A stretch of DNA of 64,000 bases from Planctomycetota bacterium (GTDB lineage Bacteria > Planctomycetota > UBA8108 > SXIK01), in NCBI GenBank assembly GCA_965223845.1, contig CBDCXR010000004.1, positions 3,264,001 to 3,328,000 on the forward strand, written 5' to 3'. Shown here one piece after another: positions 48,563 to 57,634 of this stretch; the first letter of the stretch is position 1; each line of letters starts with the position of its first letter. Under the pieces are notes generated by a model. That model was not told the DNA's origin and ran no database searches. It worked only from the letters and a program-made list of their open reading frames with translations. The position numbers and the translations under genes were made by a program.

Positions 48563-50377
48563 ATGCCCCCGGCGAGCTCGATCGACGGCGAAGTCTGTCG
48601 CCGCACCAGCGACCGCATCTGGCGCCTCGCGCGCAAGATCAGCGGAAGCGACGCCGACGCGGACGACGTCGCCCAAGACACCTGGCTGGCGGTCCTCCGC
48701 GCGGAGCCAGGGGGAGAGCCCCCGCGCGCCTGGACCTACCGCGTCGCCACGAACTTGGTGCGAAAGCGTCACCGTTCCTTCTCTCGCCGCCGCCGGCGGG
48801 AACGGCTCGCGGCCCGCCCGGAGATCGATTCGAGCTCGCCCCTGGATCGCGTCCAGTCCACCGAGCTGCGCGAGCAACTCGTCCGTCTCGTCGCCGAGCT
48901 CCCCGACCCCTACGGCTCGACACTCTCGCTTCGCTACTTCGGCGGCCGATCGCTCGCCGAGATCGCGGCGGCGCACGGAGTCTCGGTGAACACCGTAAAA
49001 ACTCGCGTTCACCGCGGACTTGCGCGGCTCCGGGCTCGCATGGATCACCTTCCCCCCCGGCGGAAGGCGTGGACGGTCGTCGCCGGCAGCGCCGAAGCCG
49101 CGTCGCGCTCGAGCGAGAGCGCAGCAGCAATCTGGACCAACGTAGGAGCAGCCGCCATGAGCGCGAAGAATCTTGTCACCGCCGTCTGCGTTTCCGCACT
49201 CGTTGTCGCGGGTGTCGGGTTCGCGCTTCGCGAACTCGGCGTCGGGAGCGGCGGTGATCGACCTTCGCCGAGCGCGGCGCTCAACGCGGAGACTCCGCCG
49301 AAGTCGGCGGGAGACGATTCAGGTCCACTCGCGAGCGATCGGCGCCGAGTCGCCGCAGCGCCCGTCGGTGCGTCCGAGTCCATCGCAAGCGGGGCCGCCG
49401 ACGAGAAACGAATCGAGCCCGACGGGGTCTCGCTGGACGAAGACGAGCGAGAGCTCGCACTCCGCCCCGCTTCGAGTCCCGAGGCTGCGGCGATGCGCGT
49501 TGCCTACGATGCACTCAAGAAGGCGTTCGGCGAAGGCGGCGGCGGCGGGTGGAAAGCCGTCCGCGAGCACATCTCAGAGACGCAGCAGGAAATCCTCGGC
49601 TCCGACGCGGGGCTCGGCGAGTTTCTTGCCCTCATCGATGCGGAATCGGACGGACACTTTCTCGAAGCGCTGATGCACCACCTACCGATGGCCGCGACGG
49701 AGTCGCGCAGCGGGATTCTCGCGGACGAAGATCTTCACCGCGAGATCTGGGACCGTTTCGAAGCGGAGGAGGACGCCACGAAGCGCATGGCCTTTCTTCG
49801 CTTCTTCGCATTCAACCGGAAGCTGAACTCAACGCGGATGGACACGTTCCTTGAAGTCGCGCGAACCGACCCCGCTGAAAGCGTCCGGCAACTGAGCATC
49901 GATGCGATCGCCTCCAACCGCCCGCTCATCGAGGACACGTGGGAGACCCTCGCCCACGTCTTCGAACACGACGCGTCCGTCGACTGCAGGCGAACCGCGG
50001 TCTACGGTCTCGCGCTCGTCGAAGACGCCCGCGCGACCGCCCTCGTCCACTCCGCATTCCAGTCGCCCGAGGAAGCGATGCGAAGCGCCGCTCTCGAATC
50101 GACCGCGGGGGAGAGCCTTCCCGAGGAGCTGACGGGCGGCGATGCGGTCTCGTATCTCGCGAGTGAGTTTCGTGCGGCGTCGAGCCCGGCCTACAAGAGC
50201 GCGCTCGTCAGGCGCCTGCTCGAGCAGTCACCGGAGGTCCTCGCGGAGGAGCTGCGGCAAGCGCTGCCGAACGAGAAGGACTGGCGACTCAAGAGAGAGT
50301 ACCGCGACGCGCTGACAAGAATCGCGGATCTCGACTCGGCTCAGAAGCTGCGATCGACGGGGGAATCGGAGCCCTGA
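48563..50377 (+). CDS. ECF sigma factor with TM and HEAT-like C-terminal extension
   Basis: ADDVAQDTWL; AWTYRVATNL; LPDPY..LRYF..EIA..SVNTVKTRVHRGLARLR; TM; HEAT-like repeats. Confidence 0.85.
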   Translation: MPPASSIDGEVCRRTSDRIWRLARKISGSDADADDVAQDTWLAVLRAEPGGEPPRAWTYRVATNLVRKRHRSFSRRRRRERLAARPEIDSSSPLDRVQSTELREQLVRLVAELPDPYGSTLSLRYFGGRSLAEIAAAHGVSVNTVKTRVHRGLARLRARMDHLPPRRKAWTVVAGSAEAASRSSESAAAIWTNVGAAAMSAKNLVTAVCVSALVVAGVGFALRELGVGSGGDRPSPSAALNAETPPKSAGDDSGPLASDRRRVAAAPVGASESIASGAADEKRIEPDGVSLDEDERELALRPASSPEAAAMRVAYDALKKAFGEGGGGGWKAVREHISETQQEILGSDAGLGEFLALIDAESDGHFLEALMHHLPMAATESRSGILADEDLHREIWDRFEAEEDATKRMAFLRFFAFNRKLNSTRMDTFLEVARTDPAESVRQLSIDAIASNRPLIEDTWETLAHVFEHDASVDCRRTAVYGLALVEDARATALVHSAFQSPEEAMRSAALESTAGESLPEELTGGDAVSYLASEFRAASSPAYKSALVRRLLEQSPEVLAEELRQALPNEKDWRLKREYRDALTRIADLDSAQKLRSTGESEP

Positions 50378-50410
50378 ACCGCAGCCGACAGTCGCTCGAG
50401 CCCCAGGACC

Positions 50411-50510
50411 CATCTCCCCAGATCTCCACTGATTCTCACTCTCACTCCTACTCCTCCGCGGCGTCTTCCTTTGCGTCCCCTCCGTGCTTTTCGTGTAGAT
50501 CTTTTCCCCG
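50411..50510 (+). repeat. Degenerate copy of intergenic 9-bp-periodic repeat
   Basis: CTCACTCTCACTCCTACTCC tract + TTTGCGTCCCCTCCGTGCTTTTCGTGTAGAT; between convergent genes. Confidence 0.5.
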
Positions 50511-50526
50511 GGAATCGATCAACGCC

Positions 50527-51351
50527 TCAAAACCACCGCTCGATGATCTCCGCGACGGCTCCCGCGTTGTTGTCGCGCTCGGTGACGACGTCCGCCACCG
50601 ACTTCAGCTCGTCGCTCGCATTGGCGACCGCAACGCCGAGTCCCGCTTGCCGTAGCAGGTCGACGTCGTTCAGGGCGTCCCCTGCGGCGACGATCTCGCT
50701 CAGCTCGAGGCCGTAGTGTGCGGCCATGCGTTCGAGCCCGCGCCCCTTATCGACACCCGGCGCCATGATCTCGAGGTACTCGGGCTCGCTCTTCGTGAGG
50801 AACGCGCGCCCGGCGTAAGTCTCGCGAAACCGCGGGAGCAGCCGGTCGATCTCGTCCGGCGGCGCAAGGAGAATCAGCTTTGTCGGTGCAGTCCCAATGA
50901 ACGAACGAAGCGGGGCGACCTCGTAGCCTGCACCCGTCCGGCGGGTATAGAGATCCATGAGCGCGCCGCGGCTCGCGCTCGCTTCGGTGTAGAGACGATC
51001 TTCGTGATAGACGTTGAGTAGGTAGTCGTTCGCTTCGGCGAAGTGAATGAACTCCGCGGCAACGTCGCTCGGGAGTGGATCGTGCGAGATCACGGGACGA
51101 CCGTCCGCAGCGGGACCGAGGATCTTCCCGCCGTTGTACGAAACGATGATCGGATCGAGTCCGAGACGTTCGGCGATCGGCGCGATGCTCGTAGGCATCC
51201 TCCCCGACGCGATCGCGAACAACCCGCCCGCGCCCACGAGACGGTGGAGCGCGCGGCGGTTTGCGTCCGGGATTCGCTTTTCGTCGTCGAGCAAAGTTCC
51301 GTCGACGTCGAGCGCGAGGAGACGGTACTTTCGCAGAGGGGAGTTTTTCAT
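50527..51351 (-). CDS. Cof-type HAD-IIB hydrolase
   Basis: ALDVDGTLL; ASGR; GVDKG; GDALND; AVANA. Confidence 0.93.
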   Translation of the reverse strand: MKNSPLRKYRLLALDVDGTLLDDEKRIPDANRRALHRLVGAGGLFAIASGRMPTSIAPIAERLGLDPIIVSYNGGKILGPAADGRPVISHDPLPSDVAAEFIHFAEANDYLLNVYHEDRLYTEASASRGALMDLYTRRTGAGYEVAPLRSFIGTAPTKLILLAPPDEIDRLLPRFRETYAGRAFLTKSEPEYLEIMAPGVDKGRGLERMAAHYGLELSEIVAAGDALNDVDLLRQAGLGVAVANASDELKSVADVVTERDNNAGAVAEIIERWF

Positions 51352-51416
51352 TCCAATCCCGAAGTCGAGTGGTATGATCCGGATCCGAAAAAAACCGCCA
51401 CAACGGGCGGGCGTGC

Positions 51417-51492
51417 GGGCGATTAACTCAGTGGCTAGAGTGCTACCTTCACACGGTAGAAGTCAGAGGTTCGAATCCTCTATCGCCCACCA
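51417..51492 (+). tRNA. tRNA-Val (CAC)
   Basis: GGGCGAT/ATCGCCC acceptor stem; CTACC-TTCACAC-GGTAG; GTTCGAA; encoded CCA; TGnTATGAT extended -10 at 51370-51378. Confidence 0.96.
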
Positions 51493-51497
51493 GAGCT

Positions 51498-51583
51498 GAG
51501 CCTCGTTTGCCGCTCCGCGAAGTGGTCGAACGAGGCTCTGTTTTTTTCGGCAGCGTTTTTTTCGGCAGCGTTTTTTCGGCGGC
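51498..51583 (+). terminator. Intrinsic terminator with a triplicated U-tract unit
   Basis: GAGCCTCGTT..AACGAGGCTC stem followed by about three copies of GTTTTTTTCGGCAGC. Confidence 0.7.
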
Positions 51584-51626
51584 GGTGTCTTCCGCGGTCT
51601 CGTGGGTTCCCGCTACGCGCCCCACG

Positions 51627-52397
51627 TCAACGGTTCGATCGAATCGACGCGGCGAATTCGATCAGTTCGCCTTCGCGAGCCGCCATGGTCTCGCCGTTCC
51701 CCCAAGCCTTGAAGAAGAGCTTCTCGGGCGAGCCGTCGCGCTCGACGATCACGCCGAAGAGCTTCGTCCCCGGCTTCGGAGGCCCGCCTCGCATCATCGG
51801 GCCACCGCCGCTCGAGAACGTACCTTCGAGCTCAACCGTCGTGACCTTGAGTCCATCGTCACCGCTACGCGTGGAAACCTTGGCCGGCTGCCCCTCTTTG
51901 AACTGCCCTTCCCAGCGCCGAACGTTGGCTTCGACGGAACCCTGGGACGCGATGATCGACAGCTCACCGTCCTCACCTCCCTCGCTGGCAGCCGGAAGCC
52001 AAATCGTCGCGATACGCCGCACGAACTGACTCGCGGCGCCCTCTTCGAATCGCCAGCCGTCGGGAAACGTCACCGCGAGGCCGCGAGCCGCGAGCCGCGT
52101 TTCGACCTCCGCCGGTGAGAGCTCGACCGGCGCACTCGTCGCCGCGGCTCCCGTCGCGCCTCCATCTCGCGGGCGGCCGCCCGTCGGCGGATGCCCCGGA
52201 GGCAGTCGCCCTGAATGCGGGGCGGATGGGACCGGGAGCGCCGTCGGCCCGGTGCGCATCGCCGGGTGCGGAGATGGTGGAACGGGTGACGTCGGGTCTC
52301 GGGTCGGCTCGGAGCAACTCGCAGCGATGAGAACCATCCAGCCCCATCGCGCAGCTGCTCCCGATCGCCCGCGCAGGAGTCGTCGTTCGGTGTTCAT
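51627..52397 (-). CDS. Hypothetical lipoprotein with Pro-rich linker
   Basis: IAASC lipobox; LPPGHPP; GSVEANVRRWEGQF; FFKAWG. Confidence 0.75.
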   Translation of the reverse strand: MNTERRLLRGRSGAAARWGWMVLIAASCSEPTRDPTSPVPPSPHPAMRTGPTALPVPSAPHSGRLPPGHPPTGGRPRDGGATGAAATSAPVELSPAEVETRLAARGLAVTFPDGWRFEEGAASQFVRRIATIWLPAASEGGEDGELSIIASQGSVEANVRRWEGQFKEGQPAKVSTRSGDDGLKVTTVELEGTFSSGGGPMMRGGPPKPGTKLFGVIVERDGSPEKLFFKAWGNGETMAAREGELIEFAASIRSNR

Positions 52398-52408
52398 AGG
52401 TCGTATCC

Positions 52409-53536
52409 TCACTTGGCCCGGGTGCTCCGCCCGTGGTTGCCGCTCGCGCGCAAGAATTCGCGCACGGAACGTTCCACGTCGTCTGCCGGGACATCGTCAA
52501 CTATCTTGTGCGTGCCGATCCGCGGCACGAATACCCACCGGAGTCCACTGGCGCCACGTTTTTTGTCGCGCTGCATCGCGCGGAGCACGCTCGCGGCCCG
52601 GAATCCCTCCGCGGACGTCGGGAGGCCAAAACGAGACACGAGATCGCGAATCCGCGGCGGAGTCTCGTCGGCGGCGTGCCCGATTTCGGCGGCGAACCCG
52701 GATGCGAAGACCATGCCGATCGCGACCGCCTCGCCGTGGAGGTGCCGACGGTAGCGTCCCGCAGCCTCGAGCCCATGTCCGAACGTGTGGCCGAAATTGA
52801 GGATCATACGAAGGCGCGCTTCCTTCTCGTCAGCGGCCACCACCGCGGCTTTGATCCGCACGCAGCTCGCTACCGCCCGCGCTAGCTCGTCCGCGTCGCG
52901 TGCGAGGAGCTGAGTCGCCTCGCGCTCGAGACGACGATAGAACTTGGCGTCCCAAATCGCCGCCGTCTTGATGACCTCGGCGCAGCCCGCACGAAACTCG
53001 CGCGCGGGGAGAGACCGGAGGAACTCTAGGTCCATCACGACCGCCCGCGGTTGATGGAACGCCCCGACGAGGTTCTTTCCCTCCGGGAGATTGATTCCGG
53101 TTTTTCCGCCGACGCTGGCGTCGACCATCGCGAGCAGTGTCGTCGGCACCTGCACGAGCTCGATTCCGCGGAGCGCGCTCGCCGCCGCAAATCCCGCCAG
53201 ATCTCCGACCACTCCACCGCCAAAGGCGACGACGACGCTCGAGCGATCGCATCCCGATCGAAGGAGGTCGCGCCACACGCGCGAGATCTCGCGCGGAGAC
53301 TTCGACCCTTCCCCCGCCGGGACGACCGTCGTCGAGTACGGGATATCGAGCGCGTCGAGCTCACGCCGAAGCTTGGCTCCATGACGCCGCTCGACCGTCG
53401 CGTCGCTCACGACGTGAATGCGACTCGGCCGCGAGGGCCGCGTGAGGACTCGACCGAGCGCCGACCGCGCCCCTTCCCCGATCACGACGGGATACTCGGC
53501 GCCGGGAACCGACACCGTCACCTTGCGGAACGGCAC
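52409..53536 (-). CDS. aroB: 3-dehydroquinate synthase
   Basis: GEGSKS; GGGVVGDLAGF; PTTLLAMVDASVGGKTG; LNFGHTFGH; HGEAV; DKK. Confidence 0.97.
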   Translation of the reverse strand: MPFRKVTVSVPGAEYPVVIGEGARSALGRVLTRPSRPSRIHVVSDATVERRHGAKLRRELDALDIPYSTTVVPAGEGSKSPREISRVWRDLLRSGCDRSSVVVAFGGGVVGDLAGFAAASALRGIELVQVPTTLLAMVDASVGGKTGINLPEGKNLVGAFHQPRAVVMDLEFLRSLPAREFRAGCAEVIKTAAIWDAKFYRRLEREATQLLARDADELARAVASCVRIKAAVVAADEKEARLRMILNFGHTFGHGLEAAGRYRRHLHGEAVAIGMVFASGFAAEIGHAADETPPRIRDLVSRFGLPTSAEGFRAASVLRAMQRDKKRGASGLRWVFVPRIGTHKIVDDVPADDVERSVREFLRASGNHGRSTRAK

Positions 53537-53537
53537 G

Positions 53538-54569
53538 TCAGCTCTCCTCGGATCCGAGAGCAGGCGGCGCCCCGCCGTTCGCGGCCTCGTCGCGGGCGGA
53601 ACCGATGCGCGTTTCGGAGCCCACTTCGCTCCCGCGGCGCTCGAGCCGCTTCGCGCGCCCCGCCCGATCGCGCTTCGCCCCCGCGCCCCCCCCGCGCCGA
53701 TTCACGCCGAATACGATCAGGAACGCGATCGCGCCGAGCGCCAGAACGATCGGAATGTAAACCGACGGATCAGGCGTTGCTACTTTCGGCGTAACGAGAG
53801 AAGAGTAGTCCGTTCCGACAAGCACGGGGATCGTCGCCTTGCGCAGCTCACCGCGGTGAACGACGTCACCCGTGTAGAGCTGGAGGAAGAACCCTCGGAG
53901 GCGCACGCGATCGCGGTCGCGCAGCTCCTTCGCTTTGTCGAAGGTGAACACGAGGTAGTACCGATCGTCGGTGCCGATCGCGTACGACCGATAGCAGCGA
54001 TCGAGTCCACTCGGATTCGGCGCTTCGAGGCCGTGGAGCCTGAGCGGAAAAGAGTTCGGCTCAGTCGCGACGACGTAGCCTTTGATTTCGATCAGTTGTC
54101 CGCGATACCGAGATGGATCGGCGAGCAGCTGACGCCACACATCGTCGTCCTTTCGGTCGAGCGTCAGCACCGGCTCGGAGCGGATCGCCTCGGGATCCCA
54201 TCGCATCCGCTGGATGAGGTGCACGATCCCCCCGTCGTGTGGAACGCCGGTTCGGTCGTACGACGCCGCCTCGGCGAGCACGAGCGGGTCTTCGGCCCAA
54301 GGTTCCGGCGGCGTGGGCTCGGGAGGAGCGACGTCGTCGACGATCGGATTCTCGATGCGAATCGCGACAGGGCTTCCATCCGGTCCGGAGTCCTCACTCG
54401 GCGCGGGTTCGGGCGAGCTCGGCTCCGCTTCGCTGCCCCAGCGAAAACCGCGCATCACGAGCACCATCATGCCGATCGCCAGAAGAAGCCCGAGCGGGAG
54501 CAGCTGCCGCCGAAACTGCTGGGGCCCGATCTTTTGCGGATTCGTGAACTTGCGCTCGCCGAAATGCAT
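53538..54569 (-). CDS. Hypothetical membrane protein (two TMs flanking a soluble domain)
   Basis: Hydrophobic segments near both ends; co-directional between lpxB and aroB. Confidence 0.7.
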   Translation of the reverse strand: MHFGERKFTNPQKIGPQQFRRQLLPLGLLLAIGMMVLVMRGFRWGSEAEPSSPEPAPSEDSGPDGSPVAIRIENPIVDDVAPPEPTPPEPWAEDPLVLAEAASYDRTGVPHDGGIVHLIQRMRWDPEAIRSEPVLTLDRKDDDVWRQLLADPSRYRGQLIEIKGYVVATEPNSFPLRLHGLEAPNPSGLDRCYRSYAIGTDDRYYLVFTFDKAKELRDRDRVRLRGFFLQLYTGDVVHRGELRKATIPVLVGTDYSSLVTPKVATPDPSVYIPIVLALGAIAFLIVFGVNRRGGGAGAKRDRAGRAKRLERRGSEVGSETRIGSARDEAANGGAPPALGSEES

Positions 54570-54645
54570 CGTTGCTCACATGGTCCGAAGGCGTCCGTCC
54601 AATGCCACTCGACGATGGGAGCATACCAGCTCGCGGACGCGGAAG

Positions 54646-55869
54646 TCACTCTTCGGCGGATTCCCCGCTACGGTTCGCCGTCGCGCGACGACTCGGAGAC
54701 TCGTCGCCCCCCGCGCCCAAAAACTCGAGCACCGCCCGCGCCGCGCGATCAGCGGCGCCCGGCGCGAGCACGCGCTCACGGATCGCGCGCAGTCGGGCGC
54801 GCTGCGTCGCCTGCGCCTCCCCGTCTTCGAGCAGCGCCCGAACGATGGCCGCGACCTCGTCCGCTTCGTCGCCGCGACAGAGCTGTTCGTGGACGACAGG
54901 TGCGCCATCGGTGTCGGCCGCCCCGAGCAGATTCGGGAGGGAGAAGTACGGCACCACGAGGTAGCGACGCGACAGCGCGCGAAGAAGAGGCGAAACGTGG
55001 TAGAGCACGACCATCGGCGTCTCGAAGAACGCGACCTCGAGCGACGCCGTCCCGGATGCCACGATGACGAAATCGCTCGCCTGGACGATGCGGCGCGCGT
55101 CGACGTGCGAAATCTCGACCGGAACGGAAGCAGAATCGAACGCGGACTCGAGAACGTCGCGGAAGGACTCGCGAAAGCACGAGACCACCACGCGGTCGCG
55201 CTCGGGATCGAGCCCGAGGCGATCGATGACGCCGCGGTAGAGCGGCGCGAGCGACGCGACTTCCTGCGTCCGGCTCCCGGGGAGAAGGCCGATCACGCGA
55301 GCCCCGCTGTCGATATCGAGCTCGCTGCGGAGCGTCTCGCCGCCGTGCGGGTCGACTTCAGCGAGGGTTTCGCCGAGCGGATGCCCCACCGGAACAACCG
55401 GCACCCGGTCGTTCGCGAACACTTCCGTTTCGAAGGGAAGGATGGGGAGAAGGAGATCGGCGTAGCGGAGCACTTTCCCGCGTCGCCACGGCGCCCACGC
55501 CCAGATCTGCGGACAGATGTAGTCGATTACCCGCACGCCGCGCCAACGCGCGATGCGGGCGAAGAGAAAGTGGAGCCCGGGCGAGTCGACGAAGATCACG
55601 GCGTCCGGCCGCTCGCGCCGGAGGATGCGATCGAACGCTCTCACCGAACCGACGATGTCGCCCAGATGGCCGAGGAAACCGGTGCCCATGCTCGCCATGC
55701 CGACCGTATCCCGAACGACCCGCACGCCGGCGCCGCGGAGCAGCTCGCCGCCGAAACCGAACACGTCGAGAGCGCGGGATCGCTCACGCAGAGCTCCGAC
55801 GAGACGGGCAGCGTGCGCGTCCCCCGAGCGCTCGGCGGCAGAGATGAAAATCCGGAGAGTGTCGCGCAT
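54646..55869 (-). CDS. lpxB: Lipid-A-disaccharide synthase
   Basis: SAAERSGD; VDSPG; PQIWAW; ILPFE; VGHPL; LLPGSR; SGTASLE; SLPN. Confidence 0.95.
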   Translation of the reverse strand: MRDTLRIFISAAERSGDAHAARLVGALRERSRALDVFGFGGELLRGAGVRVVRDTVGMASMGTGFLGHLGDIVGSVRAFDRILRRERPDAVIFVDSPGLHFLFARIARWRGVRVIDYICPQIWAWAPWRRGKVLRYADLLLPILPFETEVFANDRVPVVPVGHPLGETLAEVDPHGGETLRSELDIDSGARVIGLLPGSRTQEVASLAPLYRGVIDRLGLDPERDRVVVSCFRESFRDVLESAFDSASVPVEISHVDARRIVQASDFVIVASGTASLEVAFFETPMVVLYHVSPLLRALSRRYLVVPYFSLPNLLGAADTDGAPVVHEQLCRGDEADEVAAIVRALLEDGEAQATQRARLRAIRERVLAPGAADRAARAVLEFLGAGGDESPSRRATANRSGESAEE

Positions 55870-56276
55870 CGATTCCTGGCGGTCGCCGCTCGCGCTCCCA
55901 CGGAGACCCGTTCCCGGCGAGGAACCGAGCGAGCCCCGCCATCTTCCTTCGCGAGCGAGCCGGGATTATAGTTCGTGCCTGACGCCGCTCCGTCGAAAAA
56001 GTCCACCGCGCACGGACGTGGCCCGATTCCGCCGATGCGGCCCCTCGGATGCTCAGTTCTCAACGAGCGAAGGGCAGCAGAATCTGGCGAGAGACCCGGG
56101 CTGAGAGCCTGCGCGGGAATGCTTCGACGACGGAAGACGAGGCGTCTCGGTCGGCATCGCGAAGCGAAGCGCCGGCGATTCGGGAGGAATCGTCGAGGAT
56201 TCGCGGCGAAGGGGTCGTCCGAGAAGACCGTTTCCTGGTCGCATTCAAGTTTTCGCGCCGGCTCCTAGAGCGCTCC

Positions 56277-57590
56277 ATGGATCCTCTGCGATCGTTCGCC
56301 GAGTTCGAACGTTTTCTCGGCGAGTTCACGAACTACGAACGTTCGGTCCAGCTCCGCTACGACAAGGAGACGCTCGGGCTGTCGCGCATCCGAGCCCTCA
56401 CCGACGCGCTCGGACGACCGCAGGACGCATTCCCGAGCGTGCACGTCGCCGGGACGAAGGGAAAGGGGTGCACGACCCTCATCCTCGAAGCGCTGCTCGA
56501 GGCGGCGGGGAAGGCAACCGGCGCGTACACGTCCCCCCACGTGGAGCACATCTGCGAGCGCATTCGCGTGCGGGGTGCGAACCTATCCCCCGAGGCACTG
56601 GTCGAACACACGAACGAGATGCTGCCGGCGCTCGAGCAACTCGCCGCGAACGACCAGCCCGGATTCCCGAGTTTCTTCGAGCTGATGACCGCGCTCGCGA
56701 TGCTCGTCTTCCGATCGACCGGAGTCGACTGGGGCCTCGTCGAGGTCGGACTCGGCGGACGCCTCGACGCGACGAACATCCTCGCCCCGCGGTTCGCGAT
56801 CATCACGTCGATCGATCTCGAGCACACCGCGCAGCTCGGGTCGACCCTCGGGGAGATCGCGCGCGAGAAAGCGGGAATCGTGAAGCCTGGTGTGCCCGTC
56901 TTCGTCGGTCCACTTCCGCGCGAAGCCGAGGTGGTGGTTCGAGCGATCGCGCGGGAGCGCGGGGCGGAGTTCGTCGCCGTCGATCCGAGTGAACTCGGCG
57001 CGGAGGGATCCACGCTCACGCTCGATCGCCTCGGCGGATTCAAGGTGGACGCTCCCGCGATCCGTGGGCCAGCGCTCCGGACGGACGTCGCGATCGCACT
57101 TCGAGTATTCGAAGCGATCGCTCACGAAACGGGCGAATCGATCTCCCCGCAAGTCGTCGCGAACGCATTCGCGGGCCTCGACCTTCCGGCTCGCGTCGAG
57201 CTCTTTCCGGGCTCACCCCCCGTGGTACTCGACAGCGCGCACACACCGGGATCGATGATGGCGCTCGAGCGCACGCTCGAGGAGCTCGGGATCGCGCGTC
57301 CCCGCACGGCGGTGTTTTCACTCGCGCAGGGAAAGAACCGAGCGCCGGTGTTCGACGTTCTGGCGCGGATCGCCGATCGGGTGATCTTTACGACAGCCGA
57401 CGCGGTGCGCTCAGTTCCGCCGGAGACCCTGCGGGCAGAGTTCGGCGCGGGCGAGGTCGTCGAATCGCCCGACGCAGCGCTCGACGCGGCGCTCGCAGCA
57501 GGCCGGCCGGTCGTGGTGACCGGCTCGTTCTACTTGTCGGGGCGGATTCGGGGACTCGTGCGCCGAGCGGGATCGAAGACGAAGGGATAG
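56277..57590 (+). CDS. folC: Folylpolyglutamate/dihydrofolate synthase
   Basis: HVAGTKGKG; YTSPH; FFE; EVGLGGRLDATN; EKAGI; LDSAH; TGSFY. Confidence 0.95.
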   Translation: MDPLRSFAEFERFLGEFTNYERSVQLRYDKETLGLSRIRALTDALGRPQDAFPSVHVAGTKGKGCTTLILEALLEAAGKATGAYTSPHVEHICERIRVRGANLSPEALVEHTNEMLPALEQLAANDQPGFPSFFELMTALAMLVFRSTGVDWGLVEVGLGGRLDATNILAPRFAIITSIDLEHTAQLGSTLGEIAREKAGIVKPGVPVFVGPLPREAEVVVRAIARERGAEFVAVDPSELGAEGSTLTLDRLGGFKVDAPAIRGPALRTDVAIALRVFEAIAHETGESISPQVVANAFAGLDLPARVELFPGSPPVVLDSAHTPGSMMALERTLEELGIARPRTAVFSLAQGKNRAPVFDVLARIADRVIFTTADAVRSVPPETLRAEFGAGEVVESPDAALDAALAAGRPVVVTGSFYLSGRIRGLVRRAGSKTKG

Positions 57591-57634
57591 CGCAATGCGG
57601 CTCGGGAGGAATCGGGAAAGAGTCTAGCCCGGAC

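Noticed and set aside
41088-51492. Genomic island bounded by the two tRNAs
   Set aside because: No integrase, no duplicated tRNA 3' end seen, and core genes such as gnd lie inside.
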